From an uncultured Phycisphaeraceae bacterium (GTDB lineage Bacteria; Planctomycetota; Phycisphaerae; UBA1845), in assembly GCA_964651325.1 (NCBI GenBank), contig CAZYXP010000001.1, positions 1 to 50,083 of the forward strand: DNA of 50,083 bases, written 5' to 3'. The notes under the pieces are model-generated. The model was not told where the DNA came from. It saw nothing but the letters and a program-made list of their open reading frames with translations, and did no database searches. Position numbers and translations under genes: made by a program. Positions 40,646-50,083 of the stretch are shown here, one piece after another (position 1 is the first letter of the stretch; each line of letters starts with the position of its first letter).

Positions 40646-41506
40646 CTAGCGTCCCAAGTGAGGACGTCCGCCGGTCGTAACCACCGTGGCCGAGCCAACG
40701 CGATAAGGCATCTGCTTGCCATCCGGGTGGATGAGGAAGGTCTCGCGGCCTACCTCGACGCCGACATAAATGGCGCCGGTGGCATCCGCGGGTACCTGGA
40801 AGCTGTAGGTTCCAAGATACAGGCGTCCTGCTGAATCAACGGTGTCGGCGTTGAACATCACGGCGCCCATGCGGTTCTGGTTTGAATCAACCGCATCCAG
40901 CACTTCGCCGCCGGCAAAGACAAAGTCGTCGCGGGTCTTATCGATGTGCAAGTCGGAAACCGAAAGAAGGCCAGCGCTGGCCGAGGTGGCGTTGATGCGC
41001 ACCTGGTAGGTGTTTAGCCCGGTTACGTTACTGACGAAGACATCCGCCGACACGGTGCCGCCCGGCGCTGCGGAGGCTGATGATACTTGGACCGAAATCA
41101 CGGCGGCGTCGGTTGCGGCGCCTGTGCTGCCCAGCACGTTGGCGACATGGACCCCAGCGTTACGGGTGAAGTCCGAAAGAACGAGCCTGCCGCCCCTGGC
41201 ACGCGCCTTGGGCGCTCCAACGAACTGCCCATCAACGAACACGGCGACACGATCTGCACCGCCCAGATCAGCGCTGACCGCCAATGCCATCGCACCGCCG
41301 CGAACCGAACGGGCTGCGGTAACATTCGCATCCGTAAACGCGGTCTCGCCGGAAACGTAGTACCGACCGTCGATCGAATTCATCGCCTTGAAACCCTGGG
41401 CCGGCGAGGTCGAGGCAGGCCTGAAGACTACCTCAGCCTGTACAAACGAGGCCATCGCGCCAACACCCAACAAACCAACCGCCAGAAAAGTCGTAGATTT
41501 TCGCAT
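40646..41506 (-). CDS. Secreted hypothetical protein, beta-rich (possibly a cohesin/Ig-like fold)
   Basis: AGGAG 6 nt upstream of the ATG. Signal MRKSTTFLAVGLLGVGAMASFVQA. Ala/Val/Ser/Thr/Gly-rich with VSADVFVSNVTGLNTYQVRI. The fold call is weak. Confidence 0.65.
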   Translation of the reverse strand: MRKSTTFLAVGLLGVGAMASFVQAEVVFRPASTSPAQGFKAMNSIDGRYYVSGETAFTDANVTAARSVRGGAMALAVSADLGGADRVAVFVDGQFVGAPKARARGGRLVLSDFTRNAGVHVANVLGSTGAATDAAVISVQVSSASAAPGGTVSADVFVSNVTGLNTYQVRINATSASAGLLSVSDLHIDKTRDDFVFAGGEVLDAVDSNQNRMGAVMFNADTVDSAGRLYLGTYSFQVPADATGAIYVGVEVGRETFLIHPDGKQMPYRVGSATVVTTGGRPHLGR

Positions 41507-42077
41507 GGTTCACTCCTATTGAAACCTGAGATCCGTTTCGATTACGCCAAACAATCGATACTCGATAGGCCTAACTGAACATAACTCTTCAGCACAAACC
41601 AATCCCCCATCGAGAGCCGGCGTGCCCCTGAAAGAACTGTCCTCATCCACCGCTCAAATCTATCACAATGTCCGAAAAGATTCAAGCAAATTCAAAGAAT
41701 TCAATGAAATCCGTGTTTCTTGGCCCGCTCGCTCACGCCACGAGGCCTTCCAACGGGACAAAGGCCACGCAAAGAGGCGACCGGCGGCATCAAGTCGAGT
41801 CCGATTTACCGCCCCCAAGATCGCCGAAGTGTCCTATAGTGACACACTTTCGGCGAGCCAGGGGCGATAGTGATGCAAATCGGCCACCATTTCAATTGGG
41901 TCTTCTTCGAATCCGGTCACGAAGTGGGCGGTTTCGATGCGCGAAGCCTTCGACAACGGCTACGCCCACTACCCACAGGTCAAGATAGGCGCAAAGTGGG
42001 GCGATGTTGACATTGCCCAAAGAGAAATAAGGAAATTGCCCGACCCTCCGGTGAAGGGTTTGGTCGCGATTGGAGTG

Positions 42078-42112
42078 GTACTGCAATCACGAACTACGCT
42101 GCATTGCAGTAC
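42078..42112 (-). terminator. 10-bp perfect-stem hairpin 39 nt downstream of gdh (possible terminator, no U-tract)
   Basis: GTACTGCAAT (42078-42087) pairs with ATTGCAGTAC (42103-42112) across a 15-nt loop. Confidence 0.35.
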
Positions 42113-42150
42113 GCGGCCATCTCCTCTGATCTTTGTGAGTCAGGGTTGAC

Positions 42151-43458
42151 CTAAACTCTCTGACGCGTGGCTTCTGCGACATTCTGGAGTGCCTGGGTAA
42201 AGGCGGCAATCCGGAGGGGGACGCCGTTGGCTTCGCTGCAGGCGTACACGGAATTCCACGCGGCTACCATCTTCTGTTCGAGCTCCATATTCACCTTTTC
42301 GAGCGTCCAGTGGAACTGTTGCAGGTTCTGAACCCACTCGAAATACGAGACGGTCACGCCGCCGCCGTTGACTAGAATATCTGGAAGGACGCGGGCGCCG
42401 CGTTGTCGGAGCATTTCGTCCGCCTCGGGGGTAACGGGTGAATTGGCCGCCTCCACCACGAGTTTGGCGGTGACGGTGTCCGCGTTGTCTTTGGTGATCG
42501 CTCCGCCTAGTGCGGCCGGGATCAGAATGTCGATGGGGTAGGCAAGCAGGTCACTGTTGCTGATCGCTTTGGTTTGCGGGAAATTTGCAACGGATCCTGT
42601 GGCGCTCACGTGCTCGATGAGCTTGGGGATATCCAAGCCGTGGTCGTTGCAGATCGCTCCATGAACATCCGAGACCGCTACAATTTTCGCTCCCAATTCC
42701 GCGAGGAGCTTGGCCGACCAGGAGCCTACGTTTCCGAATCCCTGCACGGCGATTTTGGCCGTTTTGATGTCAATGCCCAATTGCTTGCATGCTTCCCGTG
42801 TGACGATCATGGTTCCGCGGCCCGTCGCTTCCTCGCGGCCCAGTGACCCGCCGAGATTCACGGGCTTCCCCGTCACGATGGCGGGGGTGTAGCCGTTCTT
42901 CTTGCCATACTCATCCATGATCCACGCCATGACCTGCGCGTTGGTGCCCACATCGGGCGCGGGGATGTCGCGATAGACGCCTAGGGCCATGTCGATCTTC
43001 TGAGTGAATCCGCGTGTTAGTGAGCGTAGCTCCGTCCGACTCATTTTGGTTGGATCGCACGAGACGCCTCCCTTGGCGCCGCCAAATGGCACATCGACGA
43101 TGGCTGTTTTCCAAGTCATCAACGCCGCCAAAGATCGCACTTCGTTGAGGTCCACGCCGGGATGATAGCGAATGCCGCCTTTGTAGGGTCCGCGGACCGC
43201 GTTGTGTTGCACGCGGTACCCGTGGAATAGCTCCAGCTTGCCGTTATCCATTCGGACGGGAATCTGAACAATGAGTTCGCGATAGGGCGAACGGAGCAGG
43301 GTCTGTATTTCGTCTTCGAGATGCATGTGCTCCGCCGCGATCAGGAACTGCGTATCGCTGATGTCATTGAAATTCATGGCGCGGCGGGCTGCGTGAGTGG
43401 GGTCCTGTGCATGTTTTGCGTTCTTGGTTGTCGCGGCGGGTAACGTAGTCGTAGGCAC
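42151..43458 (-). CDS. gdhA: Glutamate dehydrogenase (Glu/Leu/Phe/Val dehydrogenase family)
   Basis: GTG 43458 with AAGGAG 8 nt upstream. KGGIRYHPGVDLNEVRSLAALMTWKTAIVDVPFGGAKGG (catalytic Lys region). Rossmann motif VQGFGNVGS. Confidence 0.9.
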   Translation of the reverse strand: MPTTTLPAATTKNAKHAQDPTHAARRAMNFNDISDTQFLIAAEHMHLEDEIQTLLRSPYRELIVQIPVRMDNGKLELFHGYRVQHNAVRGPYKGGIRYHPGVDLNEVRSLAALMTWKTAIVDVPFGGAKGGVSCDPTKMSRTELRSLTRGFTQKIDMALGVYRDIPAPDVGTNAQVMAWIMDEYGKKNGYTPAIVTGKPVNLGGSLGREEATGRGTMIVTREACKQLGIDIKTAKIAVQGFGNVGSWSAKLLAELGAKIVAVSDVHGAICNDHGLDIPKLIEHVSATGSVANFPQTKAISNSDLLAYPIDILIPAALGGAITKDNADTVTAKLVVEAANSPVTPEADEMLRQRGARVLPDILVNGGGVTVSYFEWVQNLQQFHWTLEKVNMELEQKMVAAWNSVYACSEANGVPLRIAAFTQALQNVAEATRQRV

Positions 43459-43888
43459 GTCGAGTTCTCCTTGGTTCGAGCTTGGCGAGTATTCAGTCTT
43501 GAAGACCAGTCTCTCGGTAAGCGAGTGGCGGTTGTCGACTTTGTGCCATGCCGACGATGCTCACGCCCCACACGGCATGCGGCCTATCCTTAGCAAGCAA
43601 CAGGAATGACACCGGTGTGCTTATCGACGAAGCAATCGATGGGGTGAAATAGATCGCTATACGAGTATGGGGTTACCGGACGAAGCACGCGTGGCGAAGC
43701 GGGGCGAGGAACGTTCGCCAGGCGCCGTCGGCCGCCTATGCCCCGCAGCTAAACGTGTAGCCAGGTGCGGGATCACCGAGCGTACCGCACGTCCGGTAAG
43801 ACGCGGGCCGCTCGCGTGCCCTACGCGCGGCAGAGCGGGGGAACGGAATTGGCACTTCGTAATGGCCGCAGGACTCAGTGGAACTGGG

Positions 43889-44536
43889 CTAGGGCTGGGG
43901 GACACCGTCGATGTATTCGATTCGTCTACGCTCTCGTCCGAATTCGTCCCAGAATACTTCTGGACCTTGACGCACGCCGTTTACCCATTCCACTTCACGG
44001 CGTTTCTTGCCGCTGGGATGCCATTCGGTGTAGGTGCCGTTCCATACCCCCTGATTCAGGGTCCACTGCCGGGCGGGTTTGCCGTCGGAATACCATTCCC
44101 TCCATAGGCCGTGATCGTGGCCGTTGGCATAGCCCATCACTTGCCACTTGCTTCCGTCTACATGCCATGCGAGTTTGGGGCCGTGACGGACGCCGCAAAC
44201 ATGGGTGTATTCGACTTTTTTTCCGCCTTCCTCCCAGAAGGAGGTATTTTTTCCGTGGTCGATTTCCGTGCCATCTTCCAGATGTACGACTTGCCGCCGC
44301 AGCTTAATGGTTCCACTCGGCCAGAAAGTCTCGACGACTTCCACCGGGCGATTGCGACAGCGCGCATCGTCGGGAGGTTGAATCTGTGACAAAGGAAGTG
44401 GTTCTTTGGCGGCGGCGACTGGATCCTGCGATTTCGTCGCGACAGGGGCATCGTTGGGTCCGTCACTTTTGCAACCCGAGCTACCAGCTACTACAGCACA
44501 GAATAGTCCGAAAATGTATACCGTTTTCATCACCAT
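43889..44536 (-). CDS. MORN-repeat-variant (YwqK-like) lipoprotein
   Basis: Lipobox VVAGSSGC. Repeated W.E(W/F)Y..G...........G..G motifs (FWEEGGKKVEYTHVCGVRHG, WREWYSDGKPARQWTLNQGVWNG, YTEWHPSGKKRREVEWVNGVRQG). Confidence 0.75.
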   Translation of the reverse strand: MVMKTVYIFGLFCAVVAGSSGCKSDGPNDAPVATKSQDPVAAAKEPLPLSQIQPPDDARCRNRPVEVVETFWPSGTIKLRRQVVHLEDGTEIDHGKNTSFWEEGGKKVEYTHVCGVRHGPKLAWHVDGSKWQVMGYANGHDHGLWREWYSDGKPARQWTLNQGVWNGTYTEWHPSGKKRREVEWVNGVRQGPEVFWDEFGRERRRIEYIDGVPQP

Positions 44537-44834
44537 GGTCTCTTGCTTTCACTTTTCCGGCGTGACCGTCAAGCGGTGCTTGCCATTTTTACACTTGGCT
44601 GGGGTGCGTGTCTTCCTGGATCGGTTAACGCGCGAACTCGTACCAAGGTCCATCGTTCGGCCACAATGTAAGACACGGCGGTCGATTGTGCCAGTGGTCT
44701 ATCCGCCATTGAGGATTCGTGCCGTTTCCGGCGGCAGGGTTACCAAGCTAGCGCCAGGTGCGCTGATCAGAGCCGGGGGCGCCAGCGCTGGGACCACGCC
44801 GGCGCCAGCCCTCGGACCATTCGCGGCAGCGGGC

Positions 44835-46034
44835 TCAGAAGAGCCGCAGCCAGACTGCTTTGAGGTAGGCGGATTCCGGGCAGTAGGCATGCACGGGATG
44901 GTCCATGGACGCTCCCGTTACGTCGAGGATTTGGTAGCGTCGACGGGCTTGTCTGGCGGCCGCGGTGACCAGGTCGAGGAAGTCATCCCGGCTTAGGGCT
45001 CCGCTGCAAGAGCATGAAAGCAGCACGCCGCCGGGTTTCACGAGTCCGCAGGCGAGTCGATTCAAATCTCGATACTTGAACAATCCGCTTTCGTCCTGCT
45101 CCTTTCCGAAGATCAGCTTGGGCGGATCGAGTGCGACGGCGTCGTATTGGGTCTGGTTGGTCTGCATTTGACGCATGTAGGTGAACACGTCGGATTGAAG
45201 CACGTGAACCTTCGCCTGATTCAGATTGGCGTTTTGCTTGGCAACCAGGACGGCCTTTTCATCGAGATCGATGCATTTGACGGATCGCGCGCCGCCGAGC
45301 GCCTTGGCATAAATCCCAAATCCACCCGAAAAACAACACAGATCAAGCACGTCGGCCCCGGAGACCATGCGGGAAAACCTCAGGCGGTTGTCCCGCTGAT
45401 CGCAGAAGAAGCCCGTCTTGTGGCCGATGTCCATCTGCACTCGAAAGCGAACCGTGTTTTCACGGATGTCCACGGTCTTAGGGGCGTTCTCCGAGCTGTA
45501 AGACTCGGGCGCGAACCCCTCCCTCTGCCCAACGATTTTGTCGGCGCGAACGACGTAGTGGGCGGCGCCGGTAGACTCCATGAGGATCGGCAGCAGCGTG
45601 TCGGCCAGTCGCCACATGCCCAGGCTGTAGAAGTTGATGGAAAGCACGTCGCGGTATTTGTCGACCACCAGGCCGCTGAGTTCGTCGCCCTCGGCGTGTA
45701 CGACGCGAAAGGCCTCCGTGCTGGCTGGAAGCTTCAGGATCGCTAGGCGCAACTCCACGGCTCGGCGAACGATTCGGTGCCAGAAATCGTCGGACACGGG
45801 CTCATCGGAGAAGCTGATCATGCGCAGGGCGATGTTGGAGTTTGGATTGTACAACGCACTGCCGAAGCGGCTGCCCTTGCGATCATAGACCGAGACGCAG
45901 TCCCCCGGGCGGGCATCGGGCGACGCCTGATTGATCATTTTTCGGTAAAGAAAGGTGCGCATGGCCACGGAGCGCAGCTCGACCCAAGGCCTGCAACGCG
46001 TTTCGTTTGACTCCGAAGCCTGTCCGACTGTCAT
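44835..46034 (-). CDS. rlmI: Class I SAM-dependent rRNA (cytosine-C5) methyltransferase, RlmI-like with a PUA-like N-terminus
   Basis: GDCVSVYDRKGSRFGSALYNPNSNIALR (PUA-like). VLDLCCFSGGFG (SAM motif I). VALDPPK. Size is about 400 aa. Confidence 0.75.
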   Translation of the reverse strand: MTVGQASESNETRCRPWVELRSVAMRTFLYRKMINQASPDARPGDCVSVYDRKGSRFGSALYNPNSNIALRMISFSDEPVSDDFWHRIVRRAVELRLAILKLPASTEAFRVVHAEGDELSGLVVDKYRDVLSINFYSLGMWRLADTLLPILMESTGAAHYVVRADKIVGQREGFAPESYSSENAPKTVDIRENTVRFRVQMDIGHKTGFFCDQRDNRLRFSRMVSGADVLDLCCFSGGFGIYAKALGGARSVKCIDLDEKAVLVAKQNANLNQAKVHVLQSDVFTYMRQMQTNQTQYDAVALDPPKLIFGKEQDESGLFKYRDLNRLACGLVKPGGVLLSCSCSGALSRDDFLDLVTAAARQARRRYQILDVTGASMDHPVHAYCPESAYLKAVWLRLF

Positions 46035-46224
46035 GGGGATTCATCTCGCTGCCCAAAGGGCGGAGTATAACCTAAATCGAGGGGGGCGATCACTCAACTT
46101 GTGACGCGGTCAAGAAGGCGGCGAGATTCTCGTTTACCCCGCGTGCTGTAGGGCATGCGCGATCGGCCGCTTCCTCACGGGCGAGGTTCTGACTACCGCC
46201 CTCACCTAACCATGGATCGCTGCG

Positions 46225-48558
46225 CTAGAAGAAGGTTCCGATAAGGAAGCTGAAGACTTGCGTCTCGTCGTCGCTGTCGGTGCCGATGGGGGCGGCCAAG
46301 TTGAACTCCAGCGGCAGCGGTCCGAAGAGGTTGAGCATGATGCGGACGCCCACGCCGATCGACGCGCGATAGGCGCCCGAGCCGACCGTGCCGGTGTCCA
46401 GGAATACGTGACCGCGTACGTTTTCCGCAATCAGCGGGAAGGCGTACTCTGCCCCGAGCAAGAGCAAATAGTCGCCGCCGATGTTGTTGTCGTCTATCCC
46501 GCTGCGTTCGCCGACGCCTCGGAATTGAAAGCCGCGCAACGAGCCTGTGCCGCCGGCAAAAAAGCGTTCGAACACCGGCGCGTCGCCGATGATGACGCCG
46601 CCTTCGGCGCTAAGCCGCAAGACGCTCTTGCGGTCGAATCGGTCGGTCTTGACCGTCTTGTACCAGGTATACGAGCTGATCAGACGGCCAAACCCAAAGT
46701 CGCCGCCCAAGAGCCCGAATTGCTCGTAGCTCATGCGGAGGCGATCGCCGGTTGTCGGCAGGAAGAAGCTATCCGTCCGATCGCGCACCAATGAGACCTT
46801 GGCGCTCGTTAGAAAGTTGGAACCCTCATCGTCGCGGATTTCACTCGCGGAGAACAGATCCACGTTGTCGACTTGTGTTCTTTCAAGGCGAAGCGACAGT
46901 TCCCCGGACCACCCGTGCAGGAAGCCGGTCTCAAACCTTTTGCCCAGCGAAGCCGTGACCCCTCCGCGGCTCTCGTCGTAGCCGTCGCGTCCGCGTACGA
47001 AGACGAACCCGCTGAGATCAAGACGGAGGGGTTGGTCCATGAAGTAGGGTTCGGTGAAATCCACGCGAAACCGGCTGACGTCGGTTCCGGGTTGCAGTTC
47101 GACGCGCAGTCGTTGTCCGCCTCCGTGGAACGATCGAAACTTCCAAAGCTCTTCCCAAGTGCGCGGCGGGTCTGCAAGATCAAAGTTCTTGAAATCCAGG
47201 TTGATCGTGCCCACGACGCCGCTGTTGCTCGTAACGCCCAATCCGAAGATCACGTCGCCGGATCGCTCCGTCTCTTGGACATCGATCACAATGTCGCGTC
47301 GGTCGGGTTCATCGCCAATCGGGAAGACGCGGACTGCGTCGAAAACCTGAGTTTGCTGCAGCTTCTTCTGCGCCTCTCGGGCTTCGTTCAGGTCAAGGAG
47401 ATCATCGGGGGGGTAAAGGTTGAGCGCCCGGCGTACAACTTTGTCGCGGGTACGCGCGTTGCCGCGAACCTCGATCCGACCCACCTTGTACTGACCACCT
47501 TCATCGATCGTGATTTGGATGCGCGCCAAGGCGGGCTGTTCGGAAAAAATCCGGTCGGCCTTGACTCCGACGTAGATGTAGCCCATTTCCCAATATTTGG
47601 ATCGAACCGCCCGCACGTCGGCGTCGATGAACTGTTGCCGCACCGGCTGACCAACCTTAGACGAAAGCACCGACCCGATCTCATCTTCCGAAAGCTCCGT
47701 GTTGCCCTCGATCACGATGCTTTCGATGTGATACCGCACGCCTTCGGAAATCGTAAAGACCAGCGTGAGGTTCCGGGCGTCATCCCCGAGTTCGCGGCGA
47801 AAACCCACTCTGGCGTCGAGGTATCCCTGATCGCGGTAGAATCGTTGCAACTGGGACGCATCCGTCTCAGCCCGGTCTTCGTCGAAATCACCGGCGCGAA
47901 AGATTCCCAACGCGGTTTTCGTCAGGATTTGGAGGTTTAACTCGGCCGGTTTGAAAACCGTGTTGCCCTCAAACAGGATTTTGCGCACCCGAACGCGGAC
48001 CCCTTCTTCAACGCGATAGACAAGCTCGCCGCTCGATTCCACAGCCGCCTCATCAAATGATACTTCGCAATCGTTGAATCCGCTTTGGCGATACAATTCC
48101 AGGATCGCGTCGCGCCCGCCGCGTACAGCGAACACATCCAGCGGGTCGCCCACGGCGATCCCTACCTCGTCGGCCAATCGTCGCGACTTGAATTGAACGT
48201 TGCCCACGAAACGGATGGCCGTCACGGTCGCCCGTTCGATCACCCGGAAGACGATTTTCCGCCCCGCATCGTTCGGGACGTCCTGCCAGCGGGCCGACAG
48301 AAATCGCCCGGTGCGCAGCAGACGGCTGACGGCACCGTCGAGGTCGCCCCGTGTGACCGAATCGCCCACACGCAGGCCTACGATGTCTTCGACATAGGCG
48401 CGGTTGGTCCGGCCGAGCCCCTCGAAGGCAATTTCTGAAACGGCGAACGACTCACCGTCCTGTGCATGAACAGAGGCGATCGGGGCCAGCCCGATCAGCA
48501 GGCCGCAAAGCACCACCACCGCATTACGATTTCGTTTGGGCAAAATGGAACTATTCAT
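46225..48558 (-). CDS. bamA: Outer-membrane protein assembly factor BamA (POTRA repeats plus Omp85 barrel)
   Basis: Signal VVLCGLLIGLAPIASVHA. POTRA-like units (VSEIAFEGLGRTNRAYV, VTAIRFVGNVQF, VRKILFEGNTVF, IESIVIEGNTEL, VGRIEVRGNARTRDKVVRR). Barrel end FFAGGTGSLRGF and C-terminal ...FSFLIGTFF. Confidence 0.9.
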   Translation of the reverse strand: MNSSILPKRNRNAVVVLCGLLIGLAPIASVHAQDGESFAVSEIAFEGLGRTNRAYVEDIVGLRVGDSVTRGDLDGAVSRLLRTGRFLSARWQDVPNDAGRKIVFRVIERATVTAIRFVGNVQFKSRRLADEVGIAVGDPLDVFAVRGGRDAILELYRQSGFNDCEVSFDEAAVESSGELVYRVEEGVRVRVRKILFEGNTVFKPAELNLQILTKTALGIFRAGDFDEDRAETDASQLQRFYRDQGYLDARVGFRRELGDDARNLTLVFTISEGVRYHIESIVIEGNTELSEDEIGSVLSSKVGQPVRQQFIDADVRAVRSKYWEMGYIYVGVKADRIFSEQPALARIQITIDEGGQYKVGRIEVRGNARTRDKVVRRALNLYPPDDLLDLNEAREAQKKLQQTQVFDAVRVFPIGDEPDRRDIVIDVQETERSGDVIFGLGVTSNSGVVGTINLDFKNFDLADPPRTWEELWKFRSFHGGGQRLRVELQPGTDVSRFRVDFTEPYFMDQPLRLDLSGFVFVRGRDGYDESRGGVTASLGKRFETGFLHGWSGELSLRLERTQVDNVDLFSASEIRDDEGSNFLTSAKVSLVRDRTDSFFLPTTGDRLRMSYEQFGLLGGDFGFGRLISSYTWYKTVKTDRFDRKSVLRLSAEGGVIIGDAPVFERFFAGGTGSLRGFQFRGVGERSGIDDNNIGGDYLLLLGAEYAFPLIAENVRGHVFLDTGTVGSGAYRASIGVGVRIMLNLFGPLPLEFNLAAPIGTDSDDETQVFSFLIGTFF

Positions 48559-48801
48559 GGATATCAGCTACTCGGACGCTATCTGAGGGGAACTGCGGCA
48601 TGGGTTTCCCGTTCTGGCAGGAATCCGCACGATGCCAAACCGCCATCAGACCTCTTGCCAAGGAAAGTGAAACAGGTTCTCACCGGGCGACCTCATACGG
48701 TCCACCCACTACGCGCCAACGTCGCACGCATAGTAGCAGCAATCGGCCGAGGGGCAAAAAAGCGTGCGAGACGGGTTTGTGGGTTGGCCGCGGCCGGGTG
48801 G

Positions 48802-48908
48802 CATGGGCAAACTTTGTTTGCCCGTGCGGGCTGGGGTGAGATTCAAGGCATGAGGCTGTCTTCTTTGGGCAAAATGTCCTGACAGCACGGGTAAGCAGTA
48901 GCTTACCC
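48802..48908. other. Two tight hairpins in the 657-bp bamA/esterase divergent region
   Basis: GGGCAAAC-ttt-GTTTGCCC spans 48805-48823 and extends to 48802-48826 with a G-U pair. GGGTAAGC-agta-GCTTACCC spans 48889-48908. Neither has a U-tract. Confidence 0.45.
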
Positions 48909-49215
48909 ATGAACCCCAAATCTATACTCTTCCGGGTCCCCCGTTGCGGTTGGGAGCAACAGCCCATCTTTCGTGGGATGCCCATCCTTCCCGGTAGCGG
49001 CGCGGACGGCGACGATGCCGATACGATTGCAGCGATGGTGATCTCGACGGGGTCCGGGTGCGGCGAGCGCTGTGCCCCACCGCATGATTGCTATCGTGTG
49101 CCACTGGTGATTGGCTGTATCGAGGCGAGACTTTCTATTTCGCTTGCGGCGGTAACATATGGGGCATCTGAACGTTATGCTGGTTGATGCGATTATTATC
49201 AGGCGGGAGAAAGCT

Positions 49216-50083
49216 ATGTTCAGAGGATGGGAAACGAGGCTACCGGTTATCCTGGGTTTGCTCCTGGCAGGTTGTTCGGCAAGGAGTATCGCTCATAAGC
49301 CAGCCGCGAGAAACGGGGCCTCGCCTGACTGGGTCATCCCGGAAGTCCGGGCGCCGCGCCTCCAGTACCGCGTCTTCGAGAGCGCGGCGGCGGCATCGAA
49401 GGTTAGCTATCAGATCTACACGCCGGAGGTTTACGACAAGGAAAAGGAGCGCCGCTTCCCCGTGCTGTATTGGCTGCACGGTTCCGGTGGAGGGGCTGCG
49501 GGCGTACGGCCGCTCGCCAGGCGTTTCGACGATGCCATTGCCACGAGGAAGATCGCGCCCATGCTCATCGTTTTTCCTAACGGGCTTCGCAACGGCATGT
49601 GGTGCGACTCCAAGGACGGTCGGACGCCGGTGGAGACCATCCTGATGACGGAGCTGATCCCGGATGTGGACGGAGCGTTTCGGACCATCGCCTCGCGAGC
49701 GGGAAGAATGATCGAAGGATTCAGCATGGGCGGCTACGGCGCGGCGAGACTGGGGTTCAAGCATCCTGGGGTCTTTGCGGCGGTATCGATCTTAGGCGGG
49801 GGTCCGCTGCAACGGGAGTTCACGAAGACGCCCCGCGCGACCGCGCGCGCCCGGCAATGGCTGCTGCAAAACGTCTACGGGGGGGACCACAAGTATTTTC
49901 AGGCGCAGAGCGCCTGGACGTGGGCGGAACAAAACGCCGGGGCCTTGCGGAGCAAGATCGCCATACGCCAAGCTGTCGGCGACCGCGATGAGACGCTGCC
50001 TGCCAACCGCGAACTGGATGCCCATCTCACGCGACTAAAGATTCCCCATGTGTTTCACGTTCCATCTGGCATCGAGCACAACC
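49216..50083 (+). CDS. Alpha/beta-hydrolase, esterase family (putative esterase/esterase D-like) lipoprotein; 3' end runs off the right window edge
   Basis: Absent from the ORF track because it has no stop in the window. ATG 49216 with GGGAGA 5 nt upstream. MFRGWETRLPVILGLLLAGCS (lipobox). FPVLYWLHGSGG. Nucleophile elbow GFSMGGYGA. The frame stays open to 50083. Confidence 0.8.
   Translation, partial: MFRGWETRLPVILGLLLAGCSARSIAHKPAARNGASPDWVIPEVRAPRLQYRVFESAAAASKVSYQIYTPEVYDKEKERRFPVLYWLHGSGGGAAGVRPLARRFDDAIATRKIAPMLIVFPNGLRNGMWCDSKDGRTPVETILMTELIPDVDGAFRTIASRAGRMIEGFSMGGYGAARLGFKHPGVFAAVSILGGGPLQREFTKTPRATARARQWLLQNVYGGDHKYFQAQSAWTWAEQNAGALRSKIAIRQAVGDRDETLPANRELDAHLTRLKIPHVFHVPSGIEHN

Noticed and set aside
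40646-41506. Calling the secreted protein a cohesin-domain or PEP-CTERM protein.
   Set aside because: The resemblance is only compositional (a beta-rich VSADVFVSNVTG-type segment). There is no PEP-CTERM or other sorting signal at the C-terminus. It is kept as hypothetical.
41906-41914. TTCGAATCC, a tRNA T-loop-like sequence suggesting a tRNA or tmRNA fragment (smpB is in the window).
   Set aside because: The flanking bases cannot form a T-stem (GTCTT versus CCGGT), and no acceptor or anticodon arms could be built around it.

Overview
This is about 50 kb of high-GC, densely coding bacterial chromosome. I infer Planctomycetota, possibly Phycisphaerae-like, from two DUF1559-type proteins with prepilin leaders (AFTLIELLVVIAIIALLISILLPSL); this is not proven. 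I call 38 CDS. Two are cut by the window edges and are missing from the supplied ORF track because they have no in-window stop: a multicopper oxidase on the minus strand at 2..2683 and an esterase at 49216..50083. I recognised no rRNA, tRNA, CRISPR array, transposase, integrase or phage genes.

Layout, left to right:
- (a) A periplasmic copper/redox cluster: a large multicopper oxidase (MCO) divergent from an operon of a YVTN beta-propeller lipoprotein, a tandem-SCO1/SenC fusion and a cytochrome c fused to a LivK-like binding protein. Two YceI-domain proteins follow.
- (b) A small excisionase-type HTH protein, a heme-c (DUF3365) PAS histidine kinase, and three paralogous response regulators with no DNA-binding output (REC-HDOD, REC plus degenerate HD-GYP, REC only).
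- (c) A 12.8-kb, 13-gene minus-strand operon (18357..31130): PhoR-like kinase, REC, GAF-HD-GYP, membrane GAF-degenerate GGDEF with a retained I-site, STAS, PilB/GspE with a full MshEN c-di-GMP-binding motif, PilC, PilM, PilN, PilO, a PilP/GspC-like protein and two GspG-like pseudopilins. No secretin or prepilin peptidase is present. This is my top candidate for an undescribed system: a self-contained c-di-GMP sensory cassette wired to a pilus/secretion motor.
- (d) Housekeeping and envelope genes: class-III aminotransferase, GNAT, two tandem DUF1559 paralogs, smpB, an ECF sigma/anti-sigma/PDZ trio, a secreted protein, glutamate dehydrogenase, a MORN-variant lipoprotein, an RlmI-like methyltransferase and BamA.

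All functional calls rest on motifs read by eye from the translations. No database search was possible. Most start codons are my choice among alternatives; note that the ORF track prints GTG/TTG starts as M.
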